A stretch of 32,000 nt of DNA from Candidatus Methanoperedens sp. (GCA_027460535.1 JAPZAR010000010.1:161144-193143), one strand, 5' to 3'; shown: positions 8,417 to 17,400, numbered from the stretch's first letter. The notes: generated by a model not told the origin, from the sequence alone. Numbers and translations: made by a program.

Positions 8417-9552
8417 AGATCGCCTTTGTATATGATGCTGTCTACCCATGGGTGAAAGGAGGGGCGGAAAAAAGGATATTCGAGATAGGCAAACGATGCG
8501 CCAAGCGGGGGAATGAAGTCCATGTCTTCGGGATAAAATGGTGGCAGGGCCCTTCTGTTATCAGGTACGAGAACATGATGCTGCACGGGGTATGCAGCCC
8601 GATGGAATTATACGTTAATGGCAGGCGGGATATTTCAGAGGCATTGATCTTCTCCCTGAAACTCTTGCCACACCTTATCATGGAGAAATTCGATGTGATC
8701 GATGTGAGCGCCTTCCCGTATTTTCCATGCTTTTCTGCAAAGCTTGTGTCCTTTGCCAGGAGAACTCCCATGACTGTAACCTGGCATGAGGTCTGGGGGG
8801 AATATTGGTATGAATACCTCGGACCCGGGGGTTTTTTCGGGAAGCTTGTTGAGAATATGGTTGCAAAATTGGCTGCCAGACCTATCGCTGTATCGGCATT
8901 GACCGGAAAGGGGCTTGAGTCGCTTGGAGTGAGAGGGAGAAAAATCCATATCGTGCCGAACGGCATCGACCTGAAAAGGATAAAAGAAATCATGCCTTCT
9001 CCTGATAAATGTGATCTGATATTTGTGGGGCGGCTTATCAGGGAGAAGAATGTGGATTTGATGCTTGAAGCAGTGGATCATCTGAGGATAACACTGCCGC
9101 ACGTGCAGTGCCACGTTATTGGCGGGGGACCTGAGAAAGAGAGGCTTACAGGACTTGCAGCGAAGCTCGGGCTCCTTGATAATGTGAAATTCTTCGGGTT
9201 CATGGAGTATGATGAGTTAATCGCCAGGATAAAGTCCTCCGGGGTATTGGCGCTACCCTCCAGCCGCGAAGGATTCGGGATGGCAGTACTTGAGGCCTTT
9301 GCATGCGGAGTACCCGTTGTTACGGTGAAAGGTGAGAAGAACGCTGCATCTTCGCTTGTCGATGACGGTACTGGTTTTGTGGTGGACCTTGATGCAAGGG
9401 AGATCAGTGAGGCTGTTGCCAGGTTGATCAAAGACCCCATGCTACATGAAAGAATGGCTGCCTCTGCCATGGCGAGAGTGCAGGAATACGATTGGGACAG
9501 GATAGTCGAGCGGCTGACTTGCATTTATGATGATCTACTGCAATACCATTAA
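8413..9552 (+). CDS. GT4-family (GT-B) glycosyltransferase
   Basis: KIAFVYDAVYPWVKGGAEKR at the N-terminus, FVGRLIREKN, and SREGFGMAVLEAFACGVPVV (E-x7-E region). Confidence 0.85.
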   Translation: MKIAFVYDAVYPWVKGGAEKRIFEIGKRCAKRGNEVHVFGIKWWQGPSVIRYENMMLHGVCSPMELYVNGRRDISEALIFSLKLLPHLIMEKFDVIDVSAFPYFPCFSAKLVSFARRTPMTVTWHEVWGEYWYEYLGPGGFFGKLVENMVAKLAARPIAVSALTGKGLESLGVRGRKIHIVPNGIDLKRIKEIMPSPDKCDLIFVGRLIREKNVDLMLEAVDHLRITLPHVQCHVIGGGPEKERLTGLAAKLGLLDNVKFFGFMEYDELIARIKSSGVLALPSSREGFGMAVLEAFACGVPVVTVKGEKNAASSLVDDGTGFVVDLDAREISEAVARLIKDPMLHERMAASAMARVQEYDWDRIVERLTCIYDDLLQYH

Positions 9553-11356
9553 GGACATCAAGGATAATAAAATCAGGCAACCCTTATCAGATATGTTCAA
9601 GAAACTCCCCAATAGAATCACCGATCTGCTCGCTTCCAACAAAATCCCCTTACTGGTATTTTTAAGCTCCTTGTTCATACTTATCACTTTTGCGAGCACA
9701 CGATTACTTTTTTCGGATGAAGGGGTGATACTGGACCAGTTTTATAATTTGATCCATGGCTCTATAGCCCTGAAAATCGCCAAAATAAATGTGACAAAAG
9801 GAGTTTTCATATCAGTAGGGGGCAGCCTCTACGGGAAATTTAGCTATTCGCTTATGATCTTATCTCTCCCTGCATACTATTTTCTAAAAGCAGTCAACTC
9901 GATCTATGGTGCGCATCTTTTCATATTGCAGCTTTGGGCTTTGAGCGGCGGATCCATTGTTTATCTTATTGCGAAAAACCACAAGTATGCGAGCGGAATA
10001 ATGGCGTATTTCGTCCTGATATCTGCCAATCTGTATATCTTTAAGCCCATTTACTTCCCGAAATGGGGGGAAGTCCTCTCGATCGAATTCACCAATATCC
10101 TTATCACATCTTTTCTGGTCCTGATCGTTTATCTTTTATTCAGGGAACTTTTCAACAATAAAATTGCTCTTTTTGCCTCTTTTTTTGTATTAGTTGCAAC
10201 ACCGGTTCCTTTTTATGCCATCACGTTGAAACATCACAATCTGGCTGTTCTTCTCACTTTGCTGACCTTCATCCTTTTTTACCGATATTCTGAAAAAAAG
10301 GATAATAGATTCATGTACGCTGCATATTTATCGGCAGGACTTTGCGTCTGGACACGAATTCTGGATGGTGCAGTGTTACTGGCATCTCTTCTGATAATGG
10401 ACTTCGTTTTTTTTAAACGGACCTTTAAATATGCCGTTACGATCTCATTCATAATTTTGATATCTCTGATCCCTTTTTTTAGTTTCAATCAATTTATTCT
10501 TGGAAATCCTTTCTCGATCATTGAAGTTACCCCTCTGGCCAGCACCCAGATGACAATGGCCAACGCAAACGATTTTATTTCACTCAACGAAAGTCCGGCA
10601 AGTGCCAATCAATTTGCGCTTTTAGATAAACTTGGATTTACATGGAATCCGGACATAAGTGGAAATTGGCTGAGGGTTTTGTCGGATGTCCTATTTCTCA
10701 AGGTAGGAAATACATTTGGTATTTTATTAATAAGTCCCTTTCTGGTGCTGGCCATTGCCTTTGTGATAGAAAGGATTAAGAATAGAGTTAAATTGAATAC
10801 AATGGATAGTATTTTTGGGTTGTATACTATTCTGCTATTTGGCGCGTATTCCATATTATATATTTTATTTAATATAAATTCTCTAATTTCAATAATTACG
10901 GATACTCCCATAGTTCTTGAATACAGGTACCTTCTGGTGGGGTATATCATCCTTCTTTATTTTGCCCTCAGGACCGATAAAGTCCGGGAGCTGATCGAAA
11001 CTAACTTTAAAAATATAGGCCGGATGTATGCTATATCATTGCCACTGATGTTAATCGTTTTCATTGAATTATTTCCTTCGCCTTTCATGGATAGTTACTA
11101 CTATGTATCGCTGATCACTTCTGCCGCCCTTTTGATCCCAGTATCCGCATATCTTTTATTTTCCAAAAAGAAATCCCTTCCCGCATTGGATTCCTGGGTA
11201 ACTTTCTTTATTGCACTGTCCCTTGTTGAAGCTTCCCTGTTATTGCTTTTTTATTACTGGGTTGTCAGCATGACCTACGTGTCACCAACACAAAACTATA
11301 GTATCCTGCCAACTTTAGAGAATACATTGAAATGGATGTATCAGATCTTTTTGTAA
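9527..11356 (+). CDS. Polytopic membrane protein, candidate GT-C-fold glycosyltransferase (ArnT/PMT-like)
   Basis: At least 12 hydrophobic segments. An acidic motif, LLFSDEGVILDQ, sits directly after TM1, where GT-C enzymes carry their loop-1 DE/DxD motif. An alternative start is the ATG at 9593 (MFKKLPNR), which would remove the 26-nt overlap with the upstream gene. The gene is AT-rich relative to its neighbours. Confidence 0.5.
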   Translation: MMIYCNTIKDIKDNKIRQPLSDMFKKLPNRITDLLASNKIPLLVFLSSLFILITFASTRLLFSDEGVILDQFYNLIHGSIALKIAKINVTKGVFISVGGSLYGKFSYSLMILSLPAYYFLKAVNSIYGAHLFILQLWALSGGSIVYLIAKNHKYASGIMAYFVLISANLYIFKPIYFPKWGEVLSIEFTNILITSFLVLIVYLLFRELFNNKIALFASFFVLVATPVPFYAITLKHHNLAVLLTLLTFILFYRYSEKKDNRFMYAAYLSAGLCVWTRILDGAVLLASLLIMDFVFFKRTFKYAVTISFIILISLIPFFSFNQFILGNPFSIIEVTPLASTQMTMANANDFISLNESPASANQFALLDKLGFTWNPDISGNWLRVLSDVLFLKVGNTFGILLISPFLVLAIAFVIERIKNRVKLNTMDSIFGLYTILLFGAYSILYILFNINSLISIITDTPIVLEYRYLLVGYIILLYFALRTDKVRELIETNFKNIGRMYAISLPLMLIVFIELFPSPFMDSYYYVSLITSAALLIPVSAYLLFSKKKSLPALDSWVTFFIALSLVEASLLLLFYYWVVSMTYVSPTQNYSILPTLENTLKWMYQIFL

Positions 11357-11649
11357 AGATGCACACAGAAAGTCCCATCTTAGTCCGGGAAAATCCTGGG
11401 TCATGAATTAACATGGGAAAAATTGCATCGGGCCATTATTGCCTGGTATTCCTGACCAGCATCAGTCTATTTATTATAAAAATAATTCTTTTTGTAATGC
11501 TTAAATAGTAGTTAATGTATAGCTCCAGTGCTTTGCAGAGATTAAAAAAAAATTCAAAATATTCTGATTTCTCATGACCACACCTTCTTGAATCTAATTG
11601 TCTTAATCGGTTTCATTGTTACCGGAAATGGTATTTTTCCCCCCTTTTC

Positions 11650-12694
11650 ATGGCCGTGATGATGTTCTTTTTGCTCATGGATTTGGTCATCCCATCCTTT
11701 TATGAAAGCCTGACGCACGGCATTGGATATCTGATCACGGACGCGCCCGTGTTGAAGCAGATAATTGAAGCCCAGCCTCTCTTCTATACTTTTGAGGGCA
11801 CGTTCCTTGGATGGCAAATATTAAGCAACCCGGTGTGGTATTCATTCACTTTCAGCTTTTATGCAGGAATTATAGGGTTCGCATGGTTATTCTACTCCCA
11901 TCGGAACGGGATGGATAAGGCGCAAATATTTTTTATTGTCTGGACCCTGATAGTCCTGGCCCTTGCTCTATACCAGAGGCGCTTTAGCTATACGCTTGCG
12001 ATAAATATCGCGATACTTTCCGGATATTTCATAGACAGGATCAAATCCCTTTCTCTAAGACCGTATTATGTTATTTTCCTCCTCTTCCTTTTTATCCCGA
12101 ATATGGCTGTGGCGTATGATCTTTCCCAGGTCCCGCCCAAGCCATCGGATGACTGGTATGATCCTTTGCTGTGGCTGAAGGAGAATACACCCGCTGGAGG
12201 GCAGTATGGCATAATGACATGGTGCGGATAAGGACCTTGCAATGTATTTTGACCAGAGCAACCTGCCCAATGAGAATTACTTCCACACCATGTATGCAAG
12301 ACTGCATGTATTCGACGGCAGTGGGCTTGAGAATTACAGGATGGTATATGAATCGAATGAGACGCATTATGACATCTTCGGCAAGCCTGCAAGGAATATC
12401 AAGATATTTGAATATGTGAAAGGGGCAAAGATAGCCGGGAAGGTGTCACCTAAGGAGACTGTGTCCCTTTCGGGGACTATTATTACCAATCAGAGGCGGA
12501 TGTTCGAGTATGCTCAACAGGTGAAAGCGGATGAAAAAGGGGATTTTGAATTTACAGTCCCATATTCGATTGATGACCCCTATGAGACCAGATTATTAAA
12601 AAGCTATGAATTAATATATGGTAATTCAAGCCGTTCTGTACCCGTTTCGGAGAATGATATCCTGAATGGATATAAAATCTTGGCGGAGAGATGA
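11650..12694 (+). pseudogene. aglB: Remnant of the archaeal oligosaccharyltransferase AglB (STT3 family): 5'-truncated, frameshifted and stopped at the WWDYG site, with an internal deletion
   Basis: Fragment 1 (11650-12231) has a TIXE-like QIIEAQP, TM helices, LYQRRFSY, and ENTPAGGQYGIMTWCG* where AglB has ..WWDYG. Fragment 2 (12242-12694, a different frame) has MYARLHVFDGSGLENYRMVYES..IKIFEYV, which resembles the STT3/AglB C-terminus. Removing one nucleotide at about 12224 joins the two frames (..MTWWDKDLAMYFDQ..). Only about 17 codons separate the WWD site from the C-terminal block, where roughly 100 are expected. The N-terminal ~350 aa has no counterpart in 11357-11649. Confidence 0.6.
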
Positions 12695-12815
12695 GTCATA
12701 TCCACATCTTTCATTTGAAACTGCGCAAGCCCCAGACCCGCCGCCTTCGGCGGAGGTGCCTGACTTGCCCCCGTCCGGGAAGATTTATTAAGCAGAATCC
12801 CCCTATTTATTTAAA

Positions 12816-12944
12816 ATGCTATCTTCTGAAAAATTTGAAATACAAAATGCTATGAGAATTATAAAAGGGTTCGATCCAAAGTTCGCCGGATTCGAGACCC
12901 AGATAGAGAAATATCTGCAAAAAACAGTTCCCGATAACAAATGA
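12816..12944 (+). CDS. Possible 42-aa small ORF coupled to the downstream GT4 gene
   Basis: [42 protein letters not shown]. Its TGA overlaps the GT4 ATG (ATGA at 12941-12944). It is below the ORF-track length cut-off and no family was recognised. Confidence 0.2.
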   Translation: MLSSEKFEIQNAMRIIKGFDPKFAGFETQIEKYLQKTVPDNK

Positions 12945-14035
12945 AAATCGCCATCTTCCACGACTATATAGGAGCGATCGGGGGCGGGGAGAAGCTGATC
13001 CTGACACTTGCCCGGGGGCTTGATGCTGATGTGATAACCACGGACGTGGATGGGGATTCCGTCAGGAAGATGGGATTTGAGGACGTAAATATCATAAGCG
13101 TCGGAAGGATGATCCAGCTTGCCCCGATCAAGCAGATCCATGCATCGTTGCGGTTTGCATTGTGCGATTTTTCGGACAGGTATGATTTCTTCATCTTTTC
13201 GGGCAATTGGGCGCATTTCGCCGCCCGGAAGCATAAACCCAATATGTGGTATTGTTTTACTCCAACCAGGATTTTTTATGACCTGCATGATGATTTTATG
13301 GGAAGATTATCTTTCATCGCAAGGCCATTCTTCATGCTATGGATAGCTCTTCACGAACCGATGAGCAGGCGTTTTGCAGGTCATATTGAACATGTCATCG
13401 CAATATCGAAAAATGTCCAGAAAAGGATCAAGAAGTATTATGGGCGGGATTCGATGGTTGTGTATCCTGCCATTGATATATCAAAATACAGATTCGAAAA
13501 GTATGGAGATTTCTGGCTTTCTGTTAACAGGCTCTACCCTGAAAAACGCATCGAATTGCAGATCAATGCATTCAGGCAAATGACCGACGAGAAACTGGTT
13601 ATCGTTGGAGGTTATGCTAAAGGAGACCATGCATCGAAATACGCATCCTGGATAATCAGGGACCTGCCGCCGAATGTGGAATTACTGGGGAGCGTCACCG
13701 AAAAGGAATTGATCGATTTATATGCGACCTGCAGAGGGCACATCACCACCGCAATCGATGAAGATTTCGGAATGACCCCTGTAGAAGCGATGGCCTCGGG
13801 AAAAGCTACTGTTGCTGTCAATGAGGGCGGTTATCTTGAGACGGTGATCGATGGTTCAACCGGGATACTTGTTGCTGCTGATGAGAAAGCCATCATTAAT
13901 GCTGTTAAAATAGTTTCAAAAAGCCCGGAAAAGTATCAAACGGATTGCAAAAACAGGGCAAAAGAGTTTGATACGAATGAATTTATTAAAAGGATGTCTG
14001 CTATTATGCAGTCATTTCAAAAAAATATTGCATAG
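12941..14035 (+). CDS. GT4-family glycosyltransferase
   Basis: [18 protein letters not shown] at the N-terminus, and [30 protein letters not shown] (E-x7-E region). Confidence 0.85.
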   Translation: MKIAIFHDYIGAIGGGEKLILTLARGLDADVITTDVDGDSVRKMGFEDVNIISVGRMIQLAPIKQIHASLRFALCDFSDRYDFFIFSGNWAHFAARKHKPNMWYCFTPTRIFYDLHDDFMGRLSFIARPFFMLWIALHEPMSRRFAGHIEHVIAISKNVQKRIKKYYGRDSMVVYPAIDISKYRFEKYGDFWLSVNRLYPEKRIELQINAFRQMTDEKLVIVGGYAKGDHASKYASWIIRDLPPNVELLGSVTEKELIDLYATCRGHITTAIDEDFGMTPVEAMASGKATVAVNEGGYLETVIDGSTGILVAADEKAIINAVKIVSKSPEKYQTDCKNRAKEFDTNEFIKRMSAIMQSFQKNIA

Positions 14036-14039
14036 AAAC

Positions 14040-15062
14040 ATGGAATCGCTGAATATCGGGATCATAACGTATCATCTGGATAAAGGCAATGGAATCGACT
14101 CTGCGGTGGTCAGGTTTGCAGAGGGGCTTTCAAAAAGGAATAATGTAACGCTGATAGCATCAAGGAACAATTTCGAAACAGACGTTCCCTTCTTACAAAT
14201 AAACCAGGATAATTCAAAAATCCCCGGTGCCCACAAAATATTGAATAAAATGGATCTCGATGTTTTGTCGTCTCATTTTGTCCCTTCAAATTTCATTGCT
14301 TCCAGAACGAAATTTTTCCATGTGATGCATGATGCTGGATTGCCTGATTTTTATTTAATGAATGGTCTGAGGGAAAGACTGTTTTGGCTAAAGAGTCACC
14401 TTTTGAATTCTCTCTCATTGAAAAGAGTAGATATAGTATTTTCAATTTCGGAATATTTGAAACGAGAACTCATTCGAAGATATAAGTATAAAGGAGAGGT
14501 GCATGTTCTCCCCTACGGGCTGAACGTTCCAGGACCGCAAAGAAAGATCGATGGTAACTTTATCCTGTACGTGGGGAGGCATATGAGATATAAAAATATC
14601 CACACCCTCTTTAAAATATTCGATGCTTTTTCAAAGGATCACCCTGATGTCTATCTCTATACGATCGGGATACAGCCGGATCCAGATTATTATGAGGAAC
14701 TCCTCTGCTTATCAAAAAATAAAAAAATAAAAATGATGGGCTATGTGGAAAACGTGTATGATTATATTTATACCTGCAGAGCGTATGTAAATGCATCTCT
14801 CTGGGAAGGACAGGACCTCCCGGTGATCGAATCACAAATGCTGGGAAGGCCCGCAATAACTTATAATAACTGCAGCCATCCGGAGACCAATTTTTCCGGA
14901 TACCTGGCAAAAAATGAGAATCATTTCGCAGAACTCATCGCCAGTGCACTGGATACAAAAGTAGATCCGCGTCCTGTTATAGAGAAATTTTCTATGGATA
15001 GCATGGTCAATAATTTTGAAAAGCTCATTTCCAGGAAATTGAACGAAGGTGTTAAGGAATAA
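14040..15062 (+). CDS. GT4-family glycosyltransferase
   Basis: The ATG at 14040 (MESLNIGIITYHLDKGNGIDS) follows the upstream stop by 4 nt. The ORF-track start at 13968 lies inside the previous gene. Motifs: FILYVGRHMRYKNI and SLWEGQDLPVIESQMLGRPAI. Confidence 0.75.
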   Translation: MESLNIGIITYHLDKGNGIDSAVVRFAEGLSKRNNVTLIASRNNFETDVPFLQINQDNSKIPGAHKILNKMDLDVLSSHFVPSNFIASRTKFFHVMHDAGLPDFYLMNGLRERLFWLKSHLLNSLSLKRVDIVFSISEYLKRELIRRYKYKGEVHVLPYGLNVPGPQRKIDGNFILYVGRHMRYKNIHTLFKIFDAFSKDHPDVYLYTIGIQPDPDYYEELLCLSKNKKIKMMGYVENVYDYIYTCRAYVNASLWEGQDLPVIESQMLGRPAITYNNCSHPETNFSGYLAKNENHFAELIASALDTKVDPRPVIEKFSMDSMVNNFEKLISRKLNEGVKE

Positions 15063-15094
15063 TAAAGTATCAAATTATAAAGCTAAAACCGCAG

Positions 15095-15345
15095 ATAAAG
15101 GTCCAGAGTCACGGACCTCCCGCGCCTCTGGAGGACGTCAAATGTCACGTCAGTTGACGCCGTGCACACGTATGCCAGCGTACGGCATACGTGGACGCGT
15201 CCTCATGGGCCGCAACCCTTGACTTATGGCTCCGCCATACATGGATATCGCTGCGCGATACCCGCAAGGCATAGGTGTTGTGTGGGAGTCCGGAACCGTC
15301 AGGTTTCGATGCAGAACCCGCAGGGCATGATGAACGCAGATATAT
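15095..15345. other. GC-rich, hairpin-dense non-coding island (candidate structured RNA or operator cluster) upstream of the ABC exporter genes
   Basis: Hand counts give 37/60 and 36/60 G+C for 15121-15180 and 15181-15240, against 10/40 for 15061-15100 and 19/60 for 15341-15400. There is a perfect 10-bp hairpin CACGTATGCC/GGCATACGTG (15167-15176 / 15184-15193), a 7-bp stem TCCAGAG/CTCTGGA (15102-15108 / 15126-15132), a 10-nt palindrome GGACGCGTCC (15193-15202), repeated ACGTCA/TGACG motifs (15135-15159), and the ACCCGCARGGCAT motif twice (about 15259 and about 15315). The only ORFs are two mutually antisense ones with non-protein-like composition. Confidence 0.35.
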
Positions 15346-15397
15346 TGAAGTTTTGGAAGAGCCAATTTAGCTATGTTATTTCCCAAGGATACACAAA

Positions 15398-16171
15398 TTG
15401 ACATTTACTACCAATATCTGGAACTACAGACATCTCATCAAAAAAATCGCTATAAGTGATTTCAAACTCAGGTACAAGAATTCAGTCCTGGGGTTTTTCT
15501 GGTCGCTGCTTGAGCCATTGCTGATGCTGCTCGTTCTCTACGTGGTCTTCACGAACTTCATGAGGGTCACGATAGAGCACTACCAGCTTTTCCTGCTGAT
15601 GGGCATTATTTCCTGGAACATGCTAAGCAGAGGAACAACCATGAGCCTGAACAGCATCCTGGGCAAGCCGAGCCTTGTGAAAAAGGTGTATTTCCCGCGA
15701 GAAGTGCTGGTGATCAGCTCAAGCATCACCGCGCTTTTGATGACTTTACTGGAATTCATCGTGTTCGGGATATTCATGGCAGTTTTCGCAGTTATCCCGG
15801 GTACAACATTGATTTACTTCCCTGCCATTCTTTTTGTTGAATTCCTGCTCGTCCTGGGTCTATCCTTCGGCCTTGCCGCACTGAACGTATTTTATCGCGA
15901 CATCCAATATATATGGGCGGTTATCCTGCAGGCAGGGTTCTTTGCGGCCCCGATCATATACCCCCTTTCCGTGATTCCTGAGAAATATGCATTGATCATC
16001 AAGCTGAATCCCATGACAAGCATTATCGATATGCTGAGGGGAAGTGTGATATATTCAACATGGCCGGCTCCCGGGGATGCGATGTTCGTCGTAGCATCGG
16101 CTATTTTTATACTTGCCCTTGGCTATTTTATTTTCTTGAAGCTTGAATCCAGGTTCGCGGAGGAGCTATGA
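15398..16171 (+). CDS. ABC-2 type polysaccharide/teichoic-acid exporter permease (Wzm/TagG/KpsM-like)
   Basis: The N-terminal signature DFKLRYKNSVLGFFWSLLEPLLM and six hydrophobic segments. The apparent start is TTG, so the start position is uncertain. The stop overlaps the next ATG (ATGA at 16168-16171). Confidence 0.85.
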   Translation: MTFTTNIWNYRHLIKKIAISDFKLRYKNSVLGFFWSLLEPLLMLLVLYVVFTNFMRVTIEHYQLFLLMGIISWNMLSRGTTMSLNSILGKPSLVKKVYFPREVLVISSSITALLMTLLEFIVFGIFMAVFAVIPGTTLIYFPAILFVEFLLVLGLSFGLAALNVFYRDIQYIWAVILQAGFFAAPIIYPLSVIPEKYALIIKLNPMTSIIDMLRGSVIYSTWPAPGDAMFVVASAIFILALGYFIFLKLESRFAEEL

Positions 16172-17400
16172 CGACTGAGGACGCGATAATCGTCTCCGAG
16201 CTCTCCAAGGTGTTCAGGCTCCCCCATGAAAAGAGAAATACCCTTTTTGAATCACTTACCGGTATTCTCAAAGGCCGCAAAGGATACGAGGACTTCATAG
16301 CGCTGCGGAACATTAATTTCACGGTAAAGAAAGGTGAAGCCGTGGGCATCATAGGGGAGAACGGCAGCGGAAAGAGCACGCTCCTCAAGATCATCGCCAA
16401 CATCCTTCGCCCGAGCAGCGGGTCAGTCGAAATTAACGGCAAGATCACCCCATTCCTTGAACTGGGCGTGGGATTCCAGCCCGACCTTACTGCAAAAGAA
16501 AATATATACATATACGGCGCGATCATGGGTTTATCCGACCGGGAGATCGATGCCAGGCTCGCAGAGATACTTGAGTTCTCAGAGCTCAAGCAATTCCAGG
16601 ACGCAAAATTGAAGAACCTTTCCTCTGGCATGCAGGTCAGGCTCGCTTTCGCGACCGCGGTCCAGACCGATCCAGAGATACTGCTTATGGACGAGGTGCT
16701 GGCGGTTGGGGATATGGAGTTCCAGCAGAAGTGCATGGATGTTTTCCAGCAGTATATTAAAGAGCGGAAAACCATCGTGTTCGTGTCGCATGACCTGAAT
16801 TCCATAAGGAGATTCTGCGGCAGGGCTCTGCTTTTAAAACACGGTGAGCAAATAGCATTTGGGGAGACAAATGAGATAATCGATAAATATGTATACAGTG
16901 TTGGAGACTTTGAAATCAAGAAAGCTGATGGAGTTGAACCCTGGAAAGAAGACTTAACCGGACTGAAAGAAAAGATAGCAGAAATACGGGGCGCAAGATT
17001 CATAGATAAGAACGGCAAGCCGAGTAAAACATTTAAATCAGGAGATCCCCTGACAATTGAGATCACATATTACTCCTATATTGAGCTGAAGGAACCTCTT
17101 GTGGGTATCGGGATATTTGATGAAAAGGGGAACCATTGTTACGGAACGAGCAGTTATACCAATCCATATACTATCAAGAAAAAAATTGGAGAGGTCAGGA
17201 TATCCCTGCATTTAAAGCAGATCCCTTTTTTGAACGGGCGGTATTTCATACAGGTAGCACTTGCCGAAAAGGTACCTCACAAGATATACAAATATTTAGA
17301 TTTCCATGATAAGACCTATACCTTCAACGTAATTAACGGGACAGAGGACATAGGCACGTATTACATCAATTATGAGTGGGAAGAAGACGGAGGAAAATAG
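16168..17400 (+). CDS. ABC exporter ATPase (Wzt/TagH-like) with a C-terminal Wzt_C-like beta-sandwich domain
   Basis: Walker A GENGSGKST, signature LSSGMQVRLAF and Walker B ILLMDEVLAVGD. GGAGGAG lies upstream. The ~150-aa C-terminal extension (RGARFIDKNGKPSKTFKSGDPLTIEITY..LNGRYFIQVAL..) matches the pattern of the Wzt glycan-binding domain. Confidence 0.88.
   Translation: MTTEDAIIVSELSKVFRLPHEKRNTLFESLTGILKGRKGYEDFIALRNINFTVKKGEAVGIIGENGSGKSTLLKIIANILRPSSGSVEINGKITPFLELGVGFQPDLTAKENIYIYGAIMGLSDREIDARLAEILEFSELKQFQDAKLKNLSSGMQVRLAFATAVQTDPEILLMDEVLAVGDMEFQQKCMDVFQQYIKERKTIVFVSHDLNSIRRFCGRALLLKHGEQIAFGETNEIIDKYVYSVGDFEIKKADGVEPWKEDLTGLKEKIAEIRGARFIDKNGKPSKTFKSGDPLTIEITYYSYIELKEPLVGIGIFDEKGNHCYGTSSYTNPYTIKKKIGEVRISLHLKQIPFLNGRYFIQVALAEKVPHKIYKYLDFHDKTYTFNVINGTEDIGTYYINYEWEEDGGK

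Noticed and set aside
8442-9524. Minus-strand ORFs of 183, 159, 62 and 148 aa.
   Set aside because: They are antisense to the GT4 gene, which has a clear E-x7-E region. No motifs are present.
11572-11817. An 81-aa minus-strand ORF (His-rich ..EQKEHHHGHEKGG..).
   Set aside because: It is antisense to the aglB remnant and extends into junk upstream sequence. No start context or family was recognised.
11650-12694. The possibility that the aglB interruption is read through, by pyrrolysine or other recoding.
   Set aside because: The interrupting stop is TAA, not TAG, and a frame change is also needed. In addition, about 100 residues of the catalytic C-terminal region and the whole N-terminal half are missing.
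12866-12900. GGGTTCGATCC, which resembles a tRNA T-arm, and the GC-rich segment at 12722-12782, considered as a possible tRNA or att site.
   Set aside because: No cloverleaf can be drawn: there is no acceptor stem, D-arm or anticodon arm. The GC segment contains only a 3-nt-loop hairpin. No integrase or mobile-element genes are nearby.
12803-13288. A 161-aa minus-strand ORF, and other ORFs overlapping the 12941-14035 GT4 gene.
   Set aside because: It overlaps the well-supported GT4 N-terminus in antisense and has no recognisable family features.
15325-15331. ATGATGA, which resembles a C box of a C/D-box sRNA.
   Set aside because: There is no CTGA D box, no C'/D' pair at appropriate spacing downstream or upstream, and no terminal stem.
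15150-15404. Two mutually antisense ORFs (79 and 84 aa) in the GC-rich island.
   Set aside because: Their composition is Arg/His/Pro/Cys-rich and unlike protein, with no start context. Their length is what is expected by chance in 60% G+C sequence. The region is better explained as non-coding.
16128-17066. A 312-aa minus-strand ORF.
   Set aside because: It lies entirely antisense to the ABC ATPase, which has unambiguous Walker A, signature and Walker B motifs. The ORF is Ser-rich and low-complexity, as expected for a shadow frame.
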